NCBI GenBank assembly: GCA_016932045.1
Contig: JAFGDO010000030.1
Span: forward strand, 10,172 to 74,171
Direction: 5' to 3'
Length of the DNA stretch: 64,000 nucleotides
DNA from: Candidatus Dojkabacteria bacterium
Lineage (GTDB): Bacteria; Patescibacteriota; Dojkabacteria; JAHIVN01
The stretch's first letter is position 1; every line of letters begins with the position of its first letter. The position numbers were made by a program, and so were the translations under genes. The notes under the pieces are model-generated. The model saw nothing but the letters and a program-made list of their open reading frames with translations. It did not search any database and was not told where the DNA came from. This document shows, in pieces, positions 56,346-64,000 of the stretch.

Positions 56346-58547
56346 TCAAAAGTCTTCTTCCCTTTCTATTCTTTTCAGTTTTGCATACTGCAGTGAGAGC
56401 TGTTTAACTCCAACAAGCGGACCGAAGTCTACTTTAACCAAATCACCATCTGTTTCTACTACTGTCCCCTTTTCAAATTCCGCATGCTCAACTCTATCAC
56501 CAACCGAAAGATCTAATTGCTCTTTATGATCTAACCGAGCAGAATATTCATTTATCCCGCTTTGATCATTTTGGTCATCCGGATCGCTTAGATCCTCTTG
56601 TTCTTCCCCATCCCAGCTTGCATACTCAACAAGTTCTTCGGGAATATCCCCAACGAACCTTGAAACTAAGTTATTCTGCACTGATCCAAAATATCTTCTA
56701 CTTTCAGCATGGGTGAGAAATAATCTGTCCTTCGCCCTTGTAATGCCAACATAAGCTAATCTCCGTTCCTCCTCCATCTCAGATGGATCAATGTAACTCC
56801 TAGAATGAGGAAACAGGCCTTCTTCCATTCCAATTATAAATACATCCTTGAATTCTAACCCCTTTGCAGAATGGAGCGTCATCAACGTAACTCTATTATG
56901 ATCTTGTTCCATGTCTGCCTTTATCTGTTGCTCTTCAATGAGTGATACCTCATTTAAGAATTCAGCAAGAGACGTCTGCGGCTCCAATTCTTTGAATTTC
57001 TCCGCCACTGTTAGGAGTTCCTTAAGGTTCTCGATTCTTGCCTGATTCTCCTCGGTCCCGTCATCCAGCCACTCAGTATAGCCTGTTTCGTCAAGAACAA
57101 ATTCTATAAGTTGTGTAATGTTCAGCTCATCTGATGCTTTTATAAGCTTCCCCAAAACCCGAATGAAATTTTTTACAGCCTCACTATTTGTACTCACTTT
57201 TTTCCTTTGGCTCCCACCTCCTATAAGATACTCACACATAGACAATCCCTGCTCTTTTGCTTCCCGTTCTATTTTGTTGATTGTCACAGCGCCAATTTTC
57301 CTTGGCGGAGTATTTATGATTCTTTTCAAACTCACATTATCACTAGAATTATAGATCACTCTTAAATAGGCTAAAACGTCCTTAATTTCCTTTCTCTGAT
57401 AAAAACTCTGGCCTTTAAAAATTCTATATGGAATTCCACAAACGAGCATCGCTTCTTCTACCACCCTAGATTGAGCATTTGTACGGTACAGAATAGCAAC
57501 ATCATTGAGATTGTCTTGTAATGATTCCTTGATAATTTCCGTTACAAATCTTGCTTCATCCTTTTCATCCATGGCTGTATAAACTTGTATCGGGAAACCG
57601 CTCTCCCTTTCTGTCCAGAGTTTCTTCGCCTTTCTGCTTTCATTATGCCGAATGACATCAAATGCTGCTTCAAGTATTTTTTTCGTACTGCGATAATTTT
57701 GTTCGAGTTTTATCACTCTTGTTTCTGGATAATCTTGTTCGAAAGACAAGATATTCTTTATTGTTGCACCACGCCAGCTATAGATAGCCTGATCATCATC
57801 CCCGACAACACAAATGTTGTGATGGGTTTTAGCTATAGAATTTACAAAGATGTATTGCGCATGATTTGTATCTTGGTACTCATCAACAAGCACATACTTA
57901 AACAATCTTTGATATTTCTCTAAAACGTCAGTTGTATTCTGAAACAAATCAACTGTTTTACCGATTAAATCATCAAAATCAAGCGCGCTGTTATCTCTAA
58001 GAATTGTTTGATATGCAGGGTAAATCGCTGCCACAGCTGACTGAAAGTACCCCTTTGCATAATCTCTATACAAATCAGGAGTTATGAGCTCATTCTTAGC
58101 GCCAGAAATATAAGTAAGAACAGATTTTGGGTTAAACTCTTTTGTATTTAAACCTAAATTCTTCATTGCTTGTTTTACTGCGGCTATCTGGTCATCTTCA
58201 TCATAAATTGTAAAATTCGGATTGACTCCAATATTTTGGCCATCCCGACGCAGAATTTTTACACAGATCGAATGAAAAGTACCTATGAAAGGAGGAACAT
58301 AAGCCAGCTTCTGTTTGCTACTTGCTGTTAGTTCCCTTACTCTTTCCTTCATCTCGCCGGCAGCCTTATTTGTAAATGTAACTGCCAAAATTTCATTCGG
58401 TCTTGCGAGTTTTTTTTCTAAAATATGTGCGATTCTATACGTAATAACACGAGTCTTACCAGACCCTGCTCCAGCAAGTATAAGAAGTGGCCCTTCAGTC
58501 TCTTGCACAGCCTGTTTTTGAGGACTATTTAAATCGTCTAAAATCAT
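56346..58547 (-). CDS. pcrA: UvrD/PcrA DNA helicase
   Basis: AGAGSGKT, TFTNKAA, VDEYQD, LEQNYRS, HSAKGLEF and EERRLAYVGITRA motifs, plus a C-terminal Tudor-like domain. Confidence 0.97.
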   Translation of the reverse strand: MILDDLNSPQKQAVQETEGPLLILAGAGSGKTRVITYRIAHILEKKLARPNEILAVTFTNKAAGEMKERVRELTASSKQKLAYVPPFIGTFHSICVKILRRDGQNIGVNPNFTIYDEDDQIAAVKQAMKNLGLNTKEFNPKSVLTYISGAKNELITPDLYRDYAKGYFQSAVAAIYPAYQTILRDNSALDFDDLIGKTVDLFQNTTDVLEKYQRLFKYVLVDEYQDTNHAQYIFVNSIAKTHHNICVVGDDDQAIYSWRGATIKNILSFEQDYPETRVIKLEQNYRSTKKILEAAFDVIRHNESRKAKKLWTERESGFPIQVYTAMDEKDEARFVTEIIKESLQDNLNDVAILYRTNAQSRVVEEAMLVCGIPYRIFKGQSFYQRKEIKDVLAYLRVIYNSSDNVSLKRIINTPPRKIGAVTINKIEREAKEQGLSMCEYLIGGGSQRKKVSTNSEAVKNFIRVLGKLIKASDELNITQLIEFVLDETGYTEWLDDGTEENQARIENLKELLTVAEKFKELEPQTSLAEFLNEVSLIEEQQIKADMEQDHNRVTLMTLHSAKGLEFKDVFIIGMEEGLFPHSRSYIDPSEMEEERRLAYVGITRAKDRLFLTHAESRRYFGSVQNNLVSRFVGDIPEELVEYASWDGEEQEDLSDPDDQNDQSGINEYSARLDHKEQLDLSVGDRVEHAEFEKGTVVETDGDLVKVDFGPLVGVKQLSLQYAKLKRIEREEDF

Positions 58548-58802
58548 TGTTTAACTTTCTTCACAGATCACTTAGACCATATATCACAAGTTAAGCTTGC
58601 TTCGCAAGCACCGTGCCTTGTTACATTATTACATAACGAAGTAGTGAAGAAATTGAATACCTTACAAGCTAATGATAATCATTGCTCTAATTATTCAATT
58701 TCCTGAACCACAAGTTACGCTTTGAAGCAATTATAGGAAATATTGATTTTCTAGTCGACATTCATTTATAATCGCTTAGATATATTGTTCAAGTCCCCAC
58801 CT

Positions 58803-60026
58803 ATGGAAGAAGACAAAAACTCACAAGAGAGTTTATCCCTAGAGTTGCCCAAAGTAAACAATCGTGTTATAGATGAAGAGATAAAAGAAGAAAGAGATGA
58901 AAAAAAGGTCATCCTCGCACTTACCTTTATTGGTATCTTCTTGTCAATTATTGTGGGACATAAATTCTTCTTATTCTTGAAAAAACAGGTAATAGGCAAC
59001 AGTCGGTCAACTCAAATATCAATTGAGGAAGAAATTCAAGCGGAGGATAGTGAATCAGACTCTAATGTTATAAACAAGATTGCATATATAACCTCAGGAG
59101 ACATCTGGGTCTATGACCTGGATGAATCAAAAAATATTCAAGTTACAAGTGACGGTGGAATAGACTCTAAGTATACAAGCATTGCTTGGAAAGATACTGA
59201 GCAGCTGACTTTCTCGAAGTGTCAAACTGTTTCTTGTAATATTCAAACCCATCACATTTCCGAGGGAAAAACTGATGAGGTTTTTAAAACAGATAATGAG
59301 GAGATAATCTCACTTAGATGGGCTCACAAAGGAGATAAACTTGCATATCTTTTTAGAAGGGAAAACTTTATTTATCTCACAGTTAAATATGGGGACATAT
59401 TTAGAAACCTAGGTAAATTCTCCTATATGGGTGAAAAGGCAATCGACTATAATGATGCATTGTACATCCGTTTTTCTCCAAATGATGAAAAAATCATGCT
59501 TGTAAATACATTCTCTAAGCCTGAGGATCCTTCCCTTGTCGTGCTAACAACAAATGGAGAAGAGATACTCGTACTAAAAGAAGAAGGCGGAGCTCTTCCA
59601 TCTTTTGGTTTTTTCACAAGTGATGACACCATTTACTACAAAAGAGGCGAGTTCCTCTATGTAAGATCACTTAGTGAGAATAGAGAAACCCAACTGACAG
59701 ATAGAATCATAGGAGCCTTTGATTTCCAACCCTCTCCCGACAAGGCTTCAATTACTTACTGGACCTTTGATTGGCCAAGTGGCGTATCAACTATCTGGAT
59801 ATATGAGATCGGATCTGATTCTATAAAAAGGCTTCGTGACCAAGAATCATATCCGGTCTGGGTCAATAGTAGCACACTCGTTACACTTCACCTTCCAAAT
59901 TGTCCTACTTGTCCGCGCTTCAATTTGAAATTTGGAGGATTCAGCAGAACAGACTTAAAAACAAAAGTCGTATCCCCCCTCATCGATTTAGAGAATTTAG
60001 AGATGTTCACCGCAGAGAAATCCTGA
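58803..60026 (+). CDS. Membrane-anchored TolB-like beta-propeller protein
   Basis: TM followed by repeated W/FSP.G.K.AY-type blades. Confidence 0.75.
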   Translation: MEEDKNSQESLSLELPKVNNRVIDEEIKEERDEKKVILALTFIGIFLSIIVGHKFFLFLKKQVIGNSRSTQISIEEEIQAEDSESDSNVINKIAYITSGDIWVYDLDESKNIQVTSDGGIDSKYTSIAWKDTEQLTFSKCQTVSCNIQTHHISEGKTDEVFKTDNEEIISLRWAHKGDKLAYLFRRENFIYLTVKYGDIFRNLGKFSYMGEKAIDYNDALYIRFSPNDEKIMLVNTFSKPEDPSLVVLTTNGEEILVLKEEGGALPSFGFFTSDDTIYYKRGEFLYVRSLSENRETQLTDRIIGAFDFQPSPDKASITYWTFDWPSGVSTIWIYEIGSDSIKRLRDQESYPVWVNSSTLVTLHLPNCPTCPRFNLKFGGFSRTDLKTKVVSPLIDLENLEMFTAEKS

Positions 60027-60256
60027 ACTCAATTTATCTAAACCACAAAATCCAGAGCAAAGTCTATATCAACGCTAAAGTTTTGTGTAAAAATATGGTA
60101 TAATAATGTATCTATTGGGAAGAATTCTGTATTAAATTGAGTATGGCACATTAATAATAATTTATTATATCCACTTAACTCAGAACTTAGGATTCAACCC
60201 AAATTAGGTGTCTTTCCGAATTTGATCAATAAAGAATTAATTTAAGTAAAATTCGC

Positions 60257-60733
60257 ATGTTTAAAAAAGGCGAAAAAGTGATTTACCCCAAACACGGTGC
60301 AGGTAAGATTATCGGCATAATAGAACAGGATATCGGGGGCAAAAAGCTTAAGTATTATAAAATTAGTTTCTTAAATTCCTCCATTGATGTATCCATACCT
60401 ATTGAGAAAGCTGAGGAACTCGGATTACGTCGTCCACTGACCAAAAGAGTACTAACTGATGCCTTAAAAAAACTAAATAAAAGAACCCATATAAATAAAA
60501 AGACTTTAATCACTCTCGATATTGTCTCAAAAGAAAAGCTAGGCAGTGGAAAGCTTGAAGATGTCATTGATCTTGTCAATCTTTTAAGGTCACTTGCGAA
60601 ACAAAAGGAAGAGGAGAATAAAAACTTTAGCTACTCCTACTCTGATAGACTAGAAATTGCAATCGAATTTATCAAGTCAGAAATTGAACAAGTGCTTGGT
60701 AAGAGTGCCCTCAAGAAGTATCATCTGGAATAA
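60257..60733 (+). CDS. carD: CarD family transcriptional regulator
   Basis: MFKKGEKVIYPKHGAG.I...IP......GLR. Confidence 0.9.
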   Translation: MFKKGEKVIYPKHGAGKIIGIIEQDIGGKKLKYYKISFLNSSIDVSIPIEKAEELGLRRPLTKRVLTDALKKLNKRTHINKKTLITLDIVSKEKLGSGKLEDVIDLVNLLRSLAKQKEEENKNFSYSYSDRLEIAIEFIKSEIEQVLGKSALKKYHLE

Positions 60734-60912
60734 TATTGCTACATCTTGCACATTTACTCGACTTCCCAGAAACCAATTCTCTATCTTTTGAATTTCTATA
60801 CCAGTTCCCGAGATTAGTATAACTGCTCAAGAGAAAATGCTCACGCCCTTCTCCCTTCCCCCGTCACACATTTTATGCTATATTTAAGTCACAACTATTT
60901 GATGCCCCATTT

Positions 60913-63399
60913 ATGAATAAATTTTTGAAATCTGACCTAAAAACCAAGATAATCGCAGGCTGTTTCGTCATAGGTATCATACTTCTCATATGGCCGGCAC
61001 AACAAAAAATTGAAGAGCTACCGGCAACTGGAGAAACAGAACCTGTAACAATAGAGCTTACAGTTGATAAACAGGATGTACAAAGAGATGACCCCTCAGA
61101 TAATGCACAAATAGTAAATTACACTATCACAATAAGAAATAATGCTGAGTGCACTCCAGTACCTATTGACTCGATACTTGTTTTTGACAAATCTGGAAGT
61201 ATGTCATCTTTAATGGACGGAGCTAAACAGGCCGGAATAACCTTTGTAAATAATCAGGACTTTTCCAAGGATCAAACAGGCATAGTAGCATATGACAGCT
61301 CGGGATATCTTATCCAAACTTTGACAACCTCACAAACAAACCTTGTAAATGGCATTAATTCGATATCTGCAGGAGGATTGACAAATATTGGTGAGGGGAT
61401 TTTACTTGCAAAGAACGAGCTGCTTTCAGGGAGACATAACCCTCAAGCATCACAAGTTATGATAATCTTCACAGATGGACGTGCAAATAGGCCTCAAGAC
61501 ACCACATATGCACCGCAATACGCTCTTTCTCAAGCCACTTTAGCGAAGGAGGCGGGAATTAGAATAATTTCTATAGCATATGGCAGCTACTCCGATACAA
61601 GCCTTATGCAACAAATCGCTTCCCCCGGATCAGGCAATTACTATTTCGCTCCGACCGGGCAGGATATGGTGAACATCTATGCCGCAATATCAGAGGATTT
61701 ACAAGGCAATTCACCTGATACACAGGTTTCAATCGACCTTACCCCCTTCCAAAACATCATTGATCTGCTTAATGTTTCGAGTGATGGGATATATACACAA
61801 GGTGAGCTTATATGGAATCTAGGAACTTTGCAGTGTCAAGAATCTGCATTCTTAGAATTTTCGCTTGGAATTAATAATAATGCTCAGGATTTAGACTTAC
61901 TAGACTTGATCGCCACTGTTTCAAATAGCTCGGGACTTAGCATAGTTAGTTCAAATGTAATTACAACAGTGCATGCTCCAAGGTTAAGCATTTCAAAGAC
62001 TGACCATAGAGATACCGCTATGCCTGGAGATGTCTTAGATTATGAAATCTCCATTACCAACGAAGGAACAGGAAATGCTTACGGAGTTACAATCACCGAT
62101 ATACTTCCCGATAATTTCTTCAACTTGGATATCAACTCGATATCTGATAATGGGCAAAGAACAAATGGCGAAATCCTCTGGGATAACGGAGGGAATGGGT
62201 ATACCTTAGATGGATCATTTGAACCCACTGGAAGTCCATGGATAAATTCGTTACTAGTGAGTTTTTCTGGGAATGTTGGGGCAGATATGGATCCTGGCCT
62301 GTATACTCTTTTAAATATAGTTCAACTTGAAACAGCAAATGGATTTTCTGATGAAGCCTTTGATGAAACAGATATCCCCTACGCCCCTGACTTATCAATC
62401 ACAAAATCATCCGTGCCACCTGTCTATACATATCCTGGCGGTACAGTTTTATATACTATAACCATTACAAACAATGGCAATATTGATGCAACCGATGTAA
62501 TAGTGACAGACGACTTTGACGAATTGAATATATCTGTTAACCCTGAAGATGGATATGTCAGTAACGGCTACATAGTTTGGATAGTAGGTGATCTAGCAGT
62601 TGGAGAGTCGAAAATCATAACTTATGAAGCCCTTATTGATACCACTCTTCCAGAAAACACCATTCATATACCAAATGAATCCATTGTTACTTTGCATGAA
62701 CCCGATATTGATGAATCAGATAATATTGCTCTTCACGAGGTGATTGCAACACTCAACCCTGTTCTGGACATATCAAAAACTTCCGATAAAACTACATATA
62801 GATTAGGCGAAGAGGTAGAATACACTCTTGCGATTACAAACAACAGCAGCGCTGACGCATATAACCTTAACCTTGCCGACCTTATCACTAAAGAATTCAA
62901 CTACGTATCGGGATCTGCTAAGCTTAACGGGGTAACACTCTCAAATCCGGAAGGTACACAGAATCTAATCTGGGATCTTGGTAATTTACCTACAAACCAA
63001 ACCATCGAACTTGTCTTTAGGGTAAGAATGAATAATGATTGTGTGCCAGGCAATTATCCGAATACAGGAACAATTACATGGGAAGATGAAGTAGATAATC
63101 CATTTGGCCCACTTAATGCAAGTACAACTATATCAATAGTCGAAGAATCAACATTCCAAGAAACAACAGATCTAGGTGTAGCCGAACCAGAGACACTGGT
63201 TAACGATATTATTACAACCGCTCAAGTTCTAGGGGAAAGACTTGTAAAAACAGGTGAAGCGCTCATATATCTGAAGGTACTTGCTGGACTTCTACTTGCA
63301 CTTCCATTACCTTTGATGTTAATCTTTGGTAGTACAAGCAAGAAGACTCCGAAGAAAAAAAGAGTAAAATCCAGGAGGAAAAAGTCGAGAAAGAAATAA
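60913..63399 (+). CDS. vWA plus repeated DUF11 domain surface protein with C-terminal LxxTG and TM anchor
   Basis: DKSGSM MIDAS, FTDG, repeated L.I.K....PG..L.Y.I.ITN.G..A..V.ITD, LVKTG, TM and basic tail. Confidence 0.9.
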   Translation: MNKFLKSDLKTKIIAGCFVIGIILLIWPAQQKIEELPATGETEPVTIELTVDKQDVQRDDPSDNAQIVNYTITIRNNAECTPVPIDSILVFDKSGSMSSLMDGAKQAGITFVNNQDFSKDQTGIVAYDSSGYLIQTLTTSQTNLVNGINSISAGGLTNIGEGILLAKNELLSGRHNPQASQVMIIFTDGRANRPQDTTYAPQYALSQATLAKEAGIRIISIAYGSYSDTSLMQQIASPGSGNYYFAPTGQDMVNIYAAISEDLQGNSPDTQVSIDLTPFQNIIDLLNVSSDGIYTQGELIWNLGTLQCQESAFLEFSLGINNNAQDLDLLDLIATVSNSSGLSIVSSNVITTVHAPRLSISKTDHRDTAMPGDVLDYEISITNEGTGNAYGVTITDILPDNFFNLDINSISDNGQRTNGEILWDNGGNGYTLDGSFEPTGSPWINSLLVSFSGNVGADMDPGLYTLLNIVQLETANGFSDEAFDETDIPYAPDLSITKSSVPPVYTYPGGTVLYTITITNNGNIDATDVIVTDDFDELNISVNPEDGYVSNGYIVWIVGDLAVGESKIITYEALIDTTLPENTIHIPNESIVTLHEPDIDESDNIALHEVIATLNPVLDISKTSDKTTYRLGEEVEYTLAITNNSSADAYNLNLADLITKEFNYVSGSAKLNGVTLSNPEGTQNLIWDLGNLPTNQTIELVFRVRMNNDCVPGNYPNTGTITWEDEVDNPFGPLNASTTISIVEESTFQETTDLGVAEPETLVNDIITTAQVLGERLVKTGEALIYLKVLAGLLLALPLPLMLIFGSTSKKTPKKKRVKSRRKKSRKK

Positions 63400-63431
63400 G
63401 TTAAGCCTAAAAGGCATAAAAAGAAAAAAAC

Positions 63432-64000
63432 ATGGATCCCAAAATTAACGAACTAAAAAACAGAATATCAGAATTAGAAAAACAAATAAAAGAACAGGGA
63501 GAGAAAGGCCCAGAAAAAGAACCTGCTGATTCATTTGAACCTCTAAAGATCCTTCTAGCATGGAAGGCTCCTGCAAGAATATTTGTACAGAGAGATAAGC
63601 CTTGGTTCTTAAAAATAGCAATAATCGCATTATTTATAATTCTCTTTTTCGCTTTTTTACAGGACTTTTTTGTCATTCTGGTCGTTTGCATTACAGTCCT
63701 TGTAGCATTCTTGCTCGCATCTATACCTCCTCAAACTGTAGAACATAGACTAACCAACAAAGGTATATACTCCATTGACACCATGTATAAATGGGATGAT
63801 CTTAAAGAATTCTGCATTGCCGAGAAGACGAATCGAAAGGTTTTATATGTAGCGACAAAACTGACATTTCCAAGCCGCCTGGTCATCTTGATCCATGATA
63901 AGGACGAAGAAAATATCGTAAGAATGATCGGAGAAAAATTAACTTACAAGACAACTGAGGAAAAGCAAGGATGGGTTTCAAAAGTAACCGATGGTATGAT
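63432..64000 (+). CDS. Conserved 2-TM hypothetical protein (DUF5673-like), 3'-truncated by the window edge
   Basis: Open from ATG 63432 to the end: ...LAWKAPARIF..RDKPWF, two TMs, PPQTVEHRLTNKGI...YKWDDL. Not listed in the ORF track. Confidence 0.75.
   Translation, partial: MDPKINELKNRISELEKQIKEQGEKGPEKEPADSFEPLKILLAWKAPARIFVQRDKPWFLKIAIIALFIILFFAFLQDFFVILVVCITVLVAFLLASIPPQTVEHRLTNKGIYSIDTMYKWDDLKEFCIAEKTNRKVLYVATKLTFPSRLVILIHDKDEENIVRMIGEKLTYKTTEEKQGWVSKVTDGM

Noticed and set aside
60105-60256. Riboswitch in the carD leader
   Set aside because: Only weak pairing, and no aptamer consensus that I can recognise.
1-64000. Alternative genetic code (TGA=Gly, or general TAG/TAA recoding)
   Set aside because: Conserved genes end properly at TGA (rsmE), TAG (rlmN) and TAA (prs). 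The in-frame stops are isolated cases.

Overview
AT-rich bacterial chromosomal window. It uses the standard code 11, with TAA, TAG and TGA all ending conserved genes, and most genes lack a Shine-Dalgarno site. The gene mix (secG, peptide-binding protein and 4-TMS holin-like gene in a block, CarD, divergent secD/secF, many ORFans with disordered N-termini, dense palindromic and heptamer repeats) resembles Patescibacteria/CPR such as Microgenomates or Dojkabacteria; this assignment is inference only. Recognisable genes include xseAB, rsmE, rlmN, gdhA, ABC-F, lemA plus DUF2207, secG, apbE, manC, prs, rpiB, a UbiA-type phosphoribosyltransferase, pcrA, carD, two GH1 glycosidases, an ECF sigma/FecR pair, tRNA-Pro(GGG) and tRNA-Leu(CAG). 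The most unusual items are non-coding. (1) A second tRNA-Pro(GGG) gene is split into four pieces by insertions, and an intact tRNA-Pro(GGG) sits inside its anticodon loop (25866-26396). (2) Two copies of a stand-alone promoter + hairpin + U-tract small RNA show compensatory base changes and a kink-turn-like core (9567-9955). (3) A consensus promoter, leader peptide, antiterminator and terminator precede a radical SAM gene carrying an in-frame TAG (36054-37262). (4) A nonsense-inactivated RAYT transposase co-occurs with several REP-like families. All calls come from reading the sequence; no searches were run.
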